DNA of 64,000 nucleotides from assembly GCA_964616405.1 (NCBI GenBank), contig CAZTRE010000004.1, positions 1 to 64,000 of the forward strand, written 5' to 3'. The position numbers were made by a program, and so were the translations under genes. The notes under the pieces are model-generated. The model saw only the letters and a list, made by a program, of their open reading frames with translations, made no database searches and had not been told where the DNA came from. The stretch comes from an uncultured Mycoplasma sp. (GTDB lineage: Bacteria > Bacillota_I > Bacilli_A > RF39 > UBA660). Below are positions 9,780-19,155 of this stretch, one piece after another (position 1 is the first letter of the stretch; each line of letters starts with the position of its first letter).

Positions 9780-10142
9780 ATGATGGAACAAGAAGAGACA
9801 ATTGAAAGACTTAATTTTGAAAATTTGATTTGGGTAACATTTATTGTTGTCTCAGCCTTAGATATTTATGGAGATGAATTAATAAAAAGAGGAATTTTAA
9901 GGCACGATAAAAGCTCTCAAGAAAAGGCAGAGAATCTATTTTTATTTGTGTCATTAATTTCAATTTTAATTTATGTTTATTTTTTATATAGAAATTATAC
10001 AGATTACAAAAAATATTGTAATGATTTATATTGGATTAGATTAGCGGCAAGCACCTTTATTTTACTCGGTTCTATAATGCTTTTGTATTTTCAATTAAAT
10101 GTAAATGATAGAAGTAGTAATAATTTGCCTTCTAATATCTAG
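9780..10142 (+). CDS. small multi-pass membrane protein, hypothetical
   Basis: 120 aa with three hydrophobic segments. It is a paralog of the interrupted ORF immediately downstream. Confidence 0.5.
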   Translation: MMEQEETIERLNFENLIWVTFIVVSALDIYGDELIKRGILRHDKSSQEKAENLFLFVSLISILIYVYFLYRNYTDYKKYCNDLYWIRLAASTFILLGSIMLLYFQLNVNDRSSNNLPSNI

Positions 10143-10162
10143 AATTAGTAATATATTTTACT

Positions 10163-10540
10163 ATGAATGATAATTATAAAAGATTAAAAGAAATTGAGAC
10201 TGAAAATTTTATATGAATTGTATACTTACTTATTATTGGTATTTCTTTTTTAGCAAATCATTATGAAAAAGAATATTTTATATACAATAACGAGGAAGCA
10301 AAAAAACGTTACCGGATACTAAATATATTTGTCTTCGGAGTGGCACTAATTATCTATTTTTATTTTTTCAAAGGTAACTATGAAACAGTGAAAAACCTAA
10401 ACTGCTGTGACTCTCCTACAAAAATAAAGTTTAATGAATTGAATTTTATCGCATCTTTATTAATTGTAATTGCGGGAATAATTATTTTATACATTGCGAT
10501 ATTTGATGAAGATTTGGAAACAGAAATATCCTTTTCATAA
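10163..10540 (+). pseudogene. paralog of 9780-10142, interrupted by an in-frame TGA at 10214-10216
   Basis: ATG at 10163 gives MNDNYKRLKEIETENFI, then TGA, and then the same frame continues IVYLLIIGISFL... into the track ORF 10340-10540. The TGA aligns with Trp in the neighbour (ENLIW versus ENFI*). Confidence 0.55.
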
Positions 10541-10758
10541 GAACTTGTTTATGATACCTGCATAAATTACTATAGGTGATATGTTTGAAAAATAGACATC
10601 CATTCTTTTGTAGGTGTAACTTCTGTAAACAAAAAAGAAGAAGTAGTGCCTTCTATCTTTCTTTAATACTAATATTTTTGATTATTAGTTTTTATCAGTT
10701 ACTGCTACTTATTTTTATCACGACTAAAATAAATGCAATTATTTTACTTTTTGAGTTT

Positions 10759-11619
10759 TTATTTATCGGTCTGTTGATTTTTTTCATAATATTTTGATAA
10801 GAAAATATTTGTTTTATCAACGTAGTCCACTGTATCCCTAACATTTATTAAATTAACAATAGTAGAATTTTTAAAAACTATTTTGGGTGGAATGGCAATT
10901 AAGGCATGAAAAAGACTTTCTTCATCTTTAGTATACGCATATTTTGCTTGATATAAATCATAAAGAGATGTCATTTCTACTGATTTAAATTCTTGATGAT
11001 AGAAATTTAGAAAATCATAAATAACTGAATCTCTAGTAGAATTATTCCAGTTTATAAAGTATGGCTTATCGCCAATTAAAAAATGATCTAGTGAAATATT
11101 ATTATGTAATTGGACAGTTCTCTCGCGAGTAAGTTTTAATTTTTGATCATACCAGCTATCTATTTCTCTTTCAGAATAATTTAGTGCTTTATAAAATTTA
11201 GAAATATTCAACATTAGTAGATATTCAGCAGGTGCCATAAATTCTCTAGTTTCTAAAAAGTCTTGTAGATCTAGATAGTAATTTCGTAAATATGTAATGT
11301 TTTCTTTTACGTTATTATATAAATCTTTTGTTTTTTCTTGATCAATTTCTTGATATGTTGTTGTTTTGATGTGCAAAAAAAGAAGAGTATTAATTAATTC
11401 AATGGCTTTATCAGATGCAGGAATCTCTAATTCTTCGATATAGGGATAAAACTCATACTTATTAGTGGTTGTAGTTGGGGGTAAAAAGTTGGTAAACCCT
11501 TTTAAACGTAGATAATTATAGGTATCATTGTTTTCTTTTTTTCTGATCTTGCAAAGATATTTTTCGTTGCCTTCTTCTACTATTTTAGCTTTGTTTTTAT
11601 AATTAATTATCTTGTGCAT
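10759..11619 (-). CDS. YsxE/CotS-like kinase-fold spore coat protein
   Basis: A kinase-like catalytic region QLHNNISLDHFLIGDKPYFINWNNSTRDSVIYDFLNF resembles the CotS-family HGD..N...IDW....D pattern, but is degenerate. It lies immediately downstream of a SpoVID-like gene, as ysxE does in B. subtilis. Confidence 0.5.
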   Translation of the reverse strand: MHKIINYKNKAKIVEEGNEKYLCKIRKKENNDTYNYLRLKGFTNFLPPTTTTNKYEFYPYIEELEIPASDKAIELINTLLFLHIKTTTYQEIDQEKTKDLYNNVKENITYLRNYYLDLQDFLETREFMAPAEYLLMLNISKFYKALNYSEREIDSWYDQKLKLTRERTVQLHNNISLDHFLIGDKPYFINWNNSTRDSVIYDFLNFYHQEFKSVEMTSLYDLYQAKYAYTKDEESLFHALIAIPPKIVFKNSTIVNLINVRDTVDYVDKTNIFLSKYYEKNQQTDK

Positions 11620-12370
11620 GATATGGAATTATAATTTTTGAGCCAATTGAAAGAGTTGATAAATCATTATAACTTTCTAGTTCTTCTTTGGTGGTTTTGT
11701 ATTTTTCAATTAATGAATTAATAGTTTCTTCTTCTCTTAAAATATAAACTGAATAGGTAGCATAGGTTTCTTCACTTTCACTTATATTTTCAAATAATGA
11801 GCTTACAATTGGGGTTTCATTTGAATTGTTACTTTCTTCTATTTTCATTTCTTGTATCTCCATTTCTTCTGTCTCTTCTTGTGAATTTTCTAAATCGCCA
11901 TCACATTCACGGGTATCTTTTTCGACTTCAATAGTTTCTATTTTTTGAGGTTCATCATGTAATTCTGGTAATGTTTCTATATCATCTAACTTTTCAATAA
12001 TATCAACTTCTTCTTTTTCTTCGGTTCTATCCTCTTCTATATTAACGATTTCTACTCCTTCAACTTTTATATCAATATAACAAACTAAAGTATAATCATT
12101 TTCTATTTCATAGTAAAAATCATCAATATCAATATGCGTTGTATCTAAATCAAGACTTTCAGTTAAAAGGATATCGGTCGGCAATTGATATGAAAAGCTT
12201 TCTTCTATTCGCGAAGCCTCAGTTAATTTATAACTACCACTGACAAGTAATTCACCTTCTACACTATTGCAGTCTACGAATTTTAAATTATGTTCTAGGG
12301 AAATAGATGTTATCTCACCGATCATTGATGGGAATTCTATTCTCTTCTCAAAAGATATTATTTTTTTCAT
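11603..12370 (-). CDS. spoVID: SpoVID-like morphogenetic protein (N-terminal domain, acidic linker, C-terminal LysM)
   Basis: The C-terminal LysM-like motif is YSVYILREEETINSLIEKYKTTKEELESYNDLSTLSIGSKIIIP. The middle is highly acidic, and the architecture and the downstream ysxE-like gene match spoVID. Confidence 0.55.
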   Translation of the reverse strand: MKKIISFEKRIEFPSMIGEITSISLEHNLKFVDCNSVEGELLVSGSYKLTEASRIEESFSYQLPTDILLTESLDLDTTHIDIDDFYYEIENDYTLVCYIDIKVEGVEIVNIEEDRTEEKEEVDIIEKLDDIETLPELHDEPQKIETIEVEKDTRECDGDLENSQEETEEMEIQEMKIEESNNSNETPIVSSLFENISESEETYATYSVYILREEETINSLIEKYKTTKEELESYNDLSTLSIGSKIIIPYHAQDN

Positions 12371-12393
12371 ATATTCCTCCTAAAAAATAGTAT

Positions 12394-12420
12394 GAAAAAA
12401 GAAGAACGTTTATTCTTCTT
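12394..12420 (-). terminator. putative intrinsic terminator overlapping the stop codon of the 12410 ORF
   Basis: The minus-strand RNA reads AAGAAGAA-uaaacg-UUCUUCUU followed by UUUUU. The stop codon lies in the loop. Confidence 0.5.
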
Positions 12421-13087
12421 TTGCTTTGATTTTTTCTAATTTCTTAACCGCTGTTATAGCCTTTTTTCTACCATGTCTATTCTTAAAGCCTTTTTTACTA
12501 GCTACTTCATCTAAAAAGTTCATAGTAATATTTCTAGCTTCTGGATAAAATTTGTAAAATTCTGGAATTACTTCAGCAATATAATTAGTACTGGCTATAA
12601 ATTCTTTCTCCCCAATTGTCGGAATTTCTCCACTTTGAAGCATTGATATAACTACCACATCAGCAGCCATGCTGGTGTATAATTGCTGTGGAGTAGTAAA
12701 AAGAGGTAATTTCCTTGTTTCTAAATTCCAGGCTACATATCCTCTTACGTTTTGGGCTATAGCTTCCATAGGCATGGAACGAATTTCATTAATTTTTCTT
12801 ATAATACTGTTAATAGTATCGGCGCACCCTGGAAATGATTGAAATAGGGAGCGCTGACTCTCTAAAATTGTTTGTGTATTATCTAAAAATTCTTCATTCA
12901 TCAAGAAAAATGGTTTTTCATTTGACAAGGCATTATCTAAGGCGTTAATAAAACGATAATAGAAGGCGGGATCTTCAAGTTCTAGAAATGAATCGGTTAT
13001 TTTTTTATCAATTACTACTCCTTTTAATATCATAATATCTTCATACTTTAACATTGTTTCTAAAATATCATTTTTGTTTGTTGTCAT
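12410..13087 (-). CDS. hypothetical protein
   Basis: The track ORF runs to 13114. The ATG at 13087 (MTTNKND...) has a GGAG 9 nt upstream and shortens the overlap with lon. No family recognised; the C-terminal tail is basic. Confidence 0.5.
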   Translation of the reverse strand: MTTNKNDILETMLKYEDIMILKGVVIDKKITDSFLELEDPAFYYRFINALDNALSNEKPFFLMNEEFLDNTQTILESQRSLFQSFPGCADTINSIIRKINEIRSMPMEAIAQNVRGYVAWNLETRKLPLFTTPQQLYTSMAADVVVISMLQSGEIPTIGEKEFIASTNYIAEVIPEFYKFYPEARNITMNFLDEVASKKGFKNRHGRKKAITAVKKLEKIKAKEE

Positions 13088-15398
13088 TATTTCTATCTCC
13101 GTTAAATATTTCATTGTAAATTTCTTTGTAATTTTTTACAAAAATAAAGTTAATTTTATTCTTTATATCTTCTGGTATTTCATCTAAATCTTTGCTATTT
13201 TCTTTTGGAATAAATATTTTAGTAATACCAGCCCTATGGGCACCAATGACTTTTTCTTTTAAACCACCAATACCTAAAACACGACCTCTTAAAGTAATCT
13301 CTCCGGTCATAGCTATATTTTTATCGACTGCTTGATTTGATAAAAGACTAATCAAGGATGTTGTGAGAGTTACACCAGCAGAAGGACCATCTTTATTAAC
13401 TGCGCCTTCTGGAACATGAATGTGTAAATCATGATCATCAAATATTTTTTCATCTAAATTAAATTGCTCTATATTAGCTTTTATATAACTTAGGGCAATA
13501 CGACAAGATTCTTGCATTACTTCACCTAGTGAACCAGTAATTGTTAAATCGCCTTTTCCTTTGTATATGGTGGATTCAATTGGTAATATATCTCCTCCAA
13601 AAACTGTATAAGCCATACCATTTACTACGCCTATTTCATTTTTTTCGGACATTTCGGTATAATAATACTTTTTCTTACCTAAAAATTCTTCAACAATTTT
13701 AGTATCAATGTTGTAAAAAGGCATATCCTTTTCTAATAAGATCTTTTTAACAATCTTTCTAAATAAAGTAGCAATCATTCGTTCTAATTCTCTAACTCCG
13801 GCCTCTTTAGTATAATTTCTTATTATCAGCATCAAAGCTTCATCTGATATTTGAACTTGCAATGAAGTAAGGCCATGTTCTTCCAGTTCTTTAGGTACTA
13901 AATGATTCTTCGAAATATCTAGTTTTTCATATTCTGTATAGCTTGAAATGTTAATTATCTCTAAACGATCCCTTAATTCATAAGGAATTTGCTCAATGTA
14001 ATTAGCTGTTGCGATAAATAAAACCTTCGATAAATCGAACTCTTCTTCTATGAAGTGATCTGAGAATTTGCTGTTTTGTTCTGGATCCAGTACTTCAAGT
14101 AAACTACTGGCAGGATCTCCTTTTATATCTTTAGTCATTTTATCTATTTCATCAATGATAAAGACAGGGTTTGAGGTACCGGCTCTTCTTATTCCTTGAA
14201 TTATACGTCCAGGATTTGCTCCAATATAAGTTCGACGATGACCAATAATTTCAGCCTCATCATTAATTCCACCCACACTTATCTTGGCTACCTTCCGCCC
14301 TAGACTTTGGGCAATACTTTGCGCAAGAGATGTTTTACCTACTCCTGGGGGACCTACTAAACATAAAATTGGGCTACGTAAACTATTAGTATTTTGTTTA
14401 ACCGCTAAGTATTCTAAAATACGCTCCTTGACGTCGTCTAAAGCATAATGCGATGAATCTAAAATAGATTTTACTTTTGATAAATCATTGTTGTCTTTGG
14501 TACAATGGTTCCATGGAAGATTTAACATCCAATCTAGATATTCCCTTACAATTCCTAGTTCAGGAGAATTACTATTAATTGATTCATAACGAGCAATTTC
14601 TCTTTTAATTCGCTCTTTTATTTTAGGTGAACATTTTAATTTGGCAAGGCGACTTTTTAATTTTAAAACTTCATCATCTTTGCTATTTACTTCACCTAGT
14701 TCCTGTTGCATTAATTTTATTTTTTCGCGTAAAAAATATTCCTTTTGAGATTCGGTTAATTCTCTTTCTACTTGTTCCTCTATCTTTTGTTCAAGTTCAA
14801 TTAGTTTAATATCCTCATTCATATCTTCGATAAGTTGTTTGCATCGTTCAATCGGATCAACTAAGGTAATATATTTCTTTTTCTTTTGATAATCTAAAGT
14901 TAAAAATGCTCCGGCCAAATCACAAAGTTCATTTAAATTATTTACTTTATTTAATTGAGTAATAACCGCATTACTCATATATGGGACTTTTTCAATATAT
15001 TGCTCAAGTGACTTGACTAGGATGTTAAAATAATCTCTTTCTGTTTCTTTTGGTAGCTCATTTATTTCCTTGTAATTAGCATAGAAAAAATCTTCTTCCT
15101 TAACGTAATTAGATATTTCAACTCTCTTTAATCCCTCAATTACAACGCGGGTTTTACCATTAGGCACAACCATTTTAAATTTTAATCTTCCTAAAGTTCC
15201 ATAATTTGGTAAGTTGGTTACATCGGTATCTAAGTTTTCCTCAATTGGATTTACAATTAACATTAAATCATTTTCAAGTTTATCTATTATATTTATCATC
15301 GCTTGATCGAATGTATTATCATATTCAATTCTGACCTCGTTGTTTGGAAAGATAACCATATCATTAATTATTAGAACTAGAAGTTTTTCTTCTGTCAT
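13068..15398 (-). CDS. lon: ATP-dependent Lon protease
   Basis: Walker A GPPGVGKTS, the proteolytic serine motif KDGPSAGVT and a LON N-terminal domain. 776 aa. A GGAGGTG RBS lies upstream, and the gene ends with TGA. Confidence 0.95.
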   Translation of the reverse strand: MTEEKLLVLIINDMVIFPNNEVRIEYDNTFDQAMINIIDKLENDLMLIVNPIEENLDTDVTNLPNYGTLGRLKFKMVVPNGKTRVVIEGLKRVEISNYVKEEDFFYANYKEINELPKETERDYFNILVKSLEQYIEKVPYMSNAVITQLNKVNNLNELCDLAGAFLTLDYQKKKKYITLVDPIERCKQLIEDMNEDIKLIELEQKIEEQVERELTESQKEYFLREKIKLMQQELGEVNSKDDEVLKLKSRLAKLKCSPKIKERIKREIARYESINSNSPELGIVREYLDWMLNLPWNHCTKDNNDLSKVKSILDSSHYALDDVKERILEYLAVKQNTNSLRSPILCLVGPPGVGKTSLAQSIAQSLGRKVAKISVGGINDEAEIIGHRRTYIGANPGRIIQGIRRAGTSNPVFIIDEIDKMTKDIKGDPASSLLEVLDPEQNSKFSDHFIEEEFDLSKVLFIATANYIEQIPYELRDRLEIINISSYTEYEKLDISKNHLVPKELEEHGLTSLQVQISDEALMLIIRNYTKEAGVRELERMIATLFRKIVKKILLEKDMPFYNIDTKIVEEFLGKKKYYYTEMSEKNEIGVVNGMAYTVFGGDILPIESTIYKGKGDLTITGSLGEVMQESCRIALSYIKANIEQFNLDEKIFDDHDLHIHVPEGAVNKDGPSAGVTLTTSLISLLSNQAVDKNIAMTGEITLRGRVLGIGGLKEKVIGAHRAGITKIFIPKENSKDLDEIPEDIKNKINFIFVKNYKEIYNEIFNGDRNNDNKQK

Positions 15399-15513
15399 CG
15401 ATTACCCACCTCCAAATTTTAGTACTGCTTACTATTATATAATAAATAAATTTTTTTTCAATCTTTTTGATTGTTTTTTACATTTTTTATTTTTTAAAGC
15501 TGCAATTACAAAA

Positions 15514-15538
15514 GAAAAAAGTAGCCGCTTGGCTACTC
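15514..15538 (-). terminator. intrinsic terminator after tig
   Basis: The minus-strand RNA reads AGUAGCC-aagc-GGCUACU followed by UUUUUU, about 10 nt after the tig stop codon. Confidence 0.75.
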
Positions 15539-15547
15539 TTAATTTTA

Positions 15548-16861
15548 TTATTTATTTAACTCTTTTAATAGTTCTACTACTTTACGCATTTCTAAATCGT
15601 ATTGAATCATTTCTAGTCCACCAAATTGATCTAAGAATTCTTCTTTTTTCATTTGGTATTTGTCTGCTAAATCACTAGCTTCTTTTTCAGCTTCTTCTGT
15701 TGTTACTTCGATCTTTTCAATAGTCATGATTTCTTCTAACATTAAACGATATAATACATTTGAATAAGCTTCTTTTTCTAGTTGAGCTTTTAAGTCCTTT
15801 TCAGTACTTCCTGTAAATTGGTAATAAAGATCTAATGAGATCCCTTGCATTTTCATTTGTTCAGAAAATCTTCCAAGTAATCTTTCAACTTCTTCATCAA
15901 CCATTTCTTCTGGAATGTCTACTTCTACGTTTTTAGCAACTTCTTCTAAGATTTTGTCTACGTATTTATTTTCGGCATCAACATCTTTTTGTGCCTTAAT
16001 AGAATCTTTAATAGCTGCTTTAAGTGTTTCTTCAGAGTTTACACCTTCCATACCTAAATCTTCAAAGAAATCTTCATCTAATTCTCTTGCAATTTTTTGT
16101 TTGATTTCATTTACTTTAACCTTAAATACTACTTTAGCTCCTGCTAATTCAGCAGCTCCATAGTCTTTTGGAAATTCTAAATCAAGATCTTTTTCTTCGC
16201 CAGTTTTCATACCTTTTACTTTTTCTTCAAAGCCTGGAATAAATGTATTTGAACCAATTTCTAAAGAATAGTTTTCTCCTTTTCCACCTTCAAATGCTAC
16301 ACCCTCTTTGAATCCTTCAAAGTCGATTACTGCAACGTCGCCTTCTTCAACAACACCTTCTTCTTTAGTTGTTAATTCAGTATATCTTTCTAATAAATGT
16401 CCCATTTCATGATTAATTTCTTCATCAGTAACTTCTACAGTTTCTGGTTTAATATTTAAGCCTTTATATTTGTTAACTTTAACTTCTGGCTTTGTTATAA
16501 TTTTAAACGAAAATTCAACACCATTTTCATTAATACTTTTTAAATCAACAGCAGGTTGAACAACTGGAATTAATTTTGACTCATCCATTGCTTTAACATA
16601 TGCATCTTGTAATACAAGATCTGCAGCATCTAAGAATAATGATTCTTTTCCAAAGTTTTTTTCATAAATATCTCTTGGAACTTTTCCTACACGAAATCCA
16701 TCAACTTTAGCTGTCTTTTGTTTTTTAGCAAAAGCTTTATCTAAAGCTTTAGTCCAATCAGCTCCCTCAATTTTAATAACAACGTCATGAACGTTTTTCT
16801 TTGTCTTTTTTGTTTCTTTAATTTCTTCTTTTGTTTCTTTTACTTCTTTTGTTTTTGCCAT
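15548..16861 (-). CDS. tig: trigger factor
   Basis: The length and pattern are characteristic, including an FKBP-type middle domain (GDVAVIDFEGFKEGVAFEGGKG). The start is set at the ATG of MAKTKEV, which has GGAGGG 7 nt upstream; the longer track ORF would start at TTG. Confidence 0.9.
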   Translation of the reverse strand: MAKTKEVKETKEEIKETKKTKKNVHDVVIKIEGADWTKALDKAFAKKQKTAKVDGFRVGKVPRDIYEKNFGKESLFLDAADLVLQDAYVKAMDESKLIPVVQPAVDLKSINENGVEFSFKIITKPEVKVNKYKGLNIKPETVEVTDEEINHEMGHLLERYTELTTKEEGVVEEGDVAVIDFEGFKEGVAFEGGKGENYSLEIGSNTFIPGFEEKVKGMKTGEEKDLDLEFPKDYGAAELAGAKVVFKVKVNEIKQKIARELDEDFFEDLGMEGVNSEETLKAAIKDSIKAQKDVDAENKYVDKILEEVAKNVEVDIPEEMVDEEVERLLGRFSEQMKMQGISLDLYYQFTGSTEKDLKAQLEKEAYSNVLYRLMLEEIMTIEKIEVTTEEAEKEASDLADKYQMKKEEFLDQFGGLEMIQYDLEMRKVVELLKELNK

Positions 16862-16930
16862 TTGTATTCCCTCCAACGTCTATATTATACATTATAATCT
16901 CTACTAAAACAACAACTTTTAACAATAATG

Positions 16931-17398
16931 TTATTTACTATCAGCTGAGGCTTTATTTGATTTTAATAGTGACTTTGGACCTCCTTTTTTTATAAACATT
17001 CTGCTTACTACTTCAAAATAGTTTTTTTCCTGAGTTAAAAATTCGGTAGCTGCTTGCTTACTAACTATACGCATTTTAAATATTGTATCACTCTTTGGTG
17101 CTTGGATTTTTTCACTCGTTGCATATTCAAATACACCATCAGCCTCATCGGAATAAGCGATTATATGGCTAGGAACGCCCATTTGCTTATATAACGCATC
17201 AGTTTCTCTATTATAGCTTTCAATATCTGTACCTTGCTCAATTAAAGGAGTAGTTTTTGAATTACCATAGGTTAACTCTACTCGATTAACTTCTCTATTA
17301 TATAACTCTGGATAGTTATCCTGTAATATATCGATAATTCTTTTATCACTTATTGATAAAGCTCTTTCAGTCATTGGTATTTTATAATATTTTTTCAT
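16931..17398 (-). CDS. hypothetical protein
   Basis: 155-aa ORF with a GGAGGAAT RBS. No family recognised. Confidence 0.5.
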   Translation of the reverse strand: MKKYYKIPMTERALSISDKRIIDILQDNYPELYNREVNRVELTYGNSKTTPLIEQGTDIESYNRETDALYKQMGVPSHIIAYSDEADGVFEYATSEKIQAPKSDTIFKMRIVSKQAATEFLTQEKNYFEVVSRMFIKKGGPKSLLKSNKASADSK

Positions 17399-17563
17399 TA
17401 GTATTCCTCCTTTTTATAATTATGTTTAAATGTAAATCCCTACTTATTATAATATCAAAATTTTTTACTTTTTTCTAACATTTGGGCGATATTAAAATTA
17501 TTTAGTTAATAACTATATATTTTGACAGTTTATTTACAGGCCATAGAAAAATAAAAATAACTA

Positions 17564-18010
17564 TTAATTAGTCATTTTGCCATTATTTTTATTTGAAACT
17601 TGTTGCGCTTGTTTAACAATTATTTTTACCGCGGTAAATTTCTCTTCTTCAGTATTTACTGTCATTCCTTCAAAAGGCGTCATATCAAAAAAGTCTCTGG
17701 CCCAAGATAACTGTTGTATGCCTTCTTCTGTTATTCCTGGTAATCTTTTTAAATCATCAATTTCCAATAACTGATGTAAATTTTCAATATCATGACGATG
17801 TAAAAGTTCTTTATACTCCTGATCTACATTCATCCAATCAATTGGAAAACGATAATTCAAAGTTTTTTTAGCTGCTTCTTTAGCGGCTAAAGCACTATTT
17901 ATTTCATCTATTAATTCTTCTTGGCTTGATGCGTTTAATATTCTATATCTTAATGCAATTAATTGTGCTATATTATAATCTTTAAATTTTTTATAATCAC
18001 TTTGTATCAT
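17564..18010 (-). CDS. hypothetical protein, possibly with a helix-hairpin-helix region
   Basis: 148-aa ORF. LHQLLEIDDLKRLPGITEEGIQQL looks HhH-like, but the evidence is weak. Confidence 0.4.
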   Translation of the reverse strand: MIQSDYKKFKDYNIAQLIALRYRILNASSQEELIDEINSALAAKEAAKKTLNYRFPIDWMNVDQEYKELLHRHDIENLHQLLEIDDLKRLPGITEEGIQQLSWARDFFDMTPFEGMTVNTEEEKFTAVKIIVKQAQQVSNKNNGKMTN

Positions 18011-18147
18011 GTTTAGTACCTCTTACAACGAATTCGTTTAAAATTATTTTTTATTATAACATATTATTGTTTTTTTACAATTTAAATGTAATTTATTAAG
18101 AAAATTTATACATTTCATGTTAAAATAATGTTTAGGAAGTGATAAAT

Positions 18148-19149
18148 ATGCAAAAAACTATATTAACGGGATTACGGCCAACTGGTAATTTACATTTAGG
18201 ACATTATTTTGGAGCTTGTAGTAATTATTTAAAATTACAAGATTCATATGACTTTTATTTAGAAATTGCTGATGTACAAGCTTTAACCGATAATTTTGAT
18301 AATCCAGATAAAGTAAGAATTAATGTTTATGAAATAACAAAGGATTTATTGGCGATTGGAATGGATCCTAAAAAAGTTCATTTCTTTATTCAATCAAAAA
18401 TACCAGAGATTGCAGAATTGACAGTTTTTTATTCTAACCTAGTGACTGTAGCAAGACTTCAAAGAAATCCGACTGTAAAAAGTGAAATGGCTCAAAAGAA
18501 AGAGTTATTTGGAGCTAATGGAGAAAGCATTACTTATGGTTTCTTAGGATACCCTGTTAGCCAAGCGGCTGATATTACCGCTTTTGATGGTGAAGTTGTC
18601 CCTGTTGGAGATGATCAATTACCATTACTTGAACAATGCCGTGAGATTGTTAGAAAGTTTAATTCTATTTATGGAGAAGTATTGAAAGAACCACAACAAG
18701 TTTTAAGTGATGCTACTCGTGTTAAGGGATTAGATGGAAATGATAAAATGGGAAAAAGCCTAGGAAATGCAATTTACTTAGTTGATGACTATGAGACAAT
18801 CAAGAAAAAAGTTATGGGAGCTGTTACCGATCCTAATAAAATTAAAAAGGATGATCCAGCAAATCCTGATGTATGTATGGTCTACTATTATCACAATTTA
18901 GTTAATAAAGATAATTTGAAAACTGTATGTAGTGAATGTAAAAATGGTTCTCGCGGTTGTGTTCAATGTAAAAAAGAATTAATTGAAGCTATGCATGAAT
19001 TTTTAAGACCAATTCAAGAAAGACGTAAATTCTATGAAGATAATCCTGATGAGGTAAAAAGAATCCTTGAGGAAGGTACAAAACAAGCGAGAATTAAAGC
19101 ACAAGAAAAAATGATTGAAGTTAAAAAAGCAATGAAAATAGACTACTAG
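18148..19149 (+). CDS. trpS: tryptophan--tRNA ligase
   Basis: Class I motifs GNLHLGHY (HIGH-like) and KMGKS (KMSKS). The start is set at ATG 18148, which has AGGAAG 8 nt upstream; the track ORF begins at GTG 18139. Confidence 0.9.
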   Translation: MQKTILTGLRPTGNLHLGHYFGACSNYLKLQDSYDFYLEIADVQALTDNFDNPDKVRINVYEITKDLLAIGMDPKKVHFFIQSKIPEIAELTVFYSNLVTVARLQRNPTVKSEMAQKKELFGANGESITYGFLGYPVSQAADITAFDGEVVPVGDDQLPLLEQCREIVRKFNSIYGEVLKEPQQVLSDATRVKGLDGNDKMGKSLGNAIYLVDDYETIKKKVMGAVTDPNKIKKDDPANPDVCMVYYYHNLVNKDNLKTVCSECKNGSRGCVQCKKELIEAMHEFLRPIQERRKFYEDNPDEVKRILEEGTKQARIKAQEKMIEVKKAMKIDY

Positions 19150-19155
19150 TGTAGC

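Noticed and set aside
10214-10216. The idea that this genome reads TGA as Trp (Mollicute-like code 4), prompted by the TGA aligned to Trp in the paralog pair.
   Set aside because: TGA is used as a functional stop elsewhere in the window. It ends lon (13068-13070), and it forms ATGA stop/start overlaps at 19797-19800 and 30612-30615. All conserved proteins translate to full length under the standard code. A nonsense mutation is the simpler explanation.
10576-10797. A 73-aa GTG-initiated ORF, mostly hydrophobic, overlapping the 3' end of the ysxE-like gene. It could be a third small membrane paralog.
   Set aside because: It has no RBS and a Cys/Arg-rich odd N-terminus. Its similarity to the 9780 and 10163 ORFs is only compositional, and it converges on and overlaps a better-supported gene. 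This is not enough to call it.
13068-13114. A 47-nt overlap between lon and the downstream ORF as annotated in the track.
   Set aside because: This is most likely a start-codon artefact. The internal ATG at 13087 has a proper GGAG RBS and reduces the overlap to 20 nt. No recoding signal is evident.
18011-18147. A possible T-box leader upstream of trpS.
   Set aside because: The spacer is only about 137 nt and very AT-rich. I found no T-box core (GGTGG/ACC-type sequence) and no terminator/antiterminator pair.
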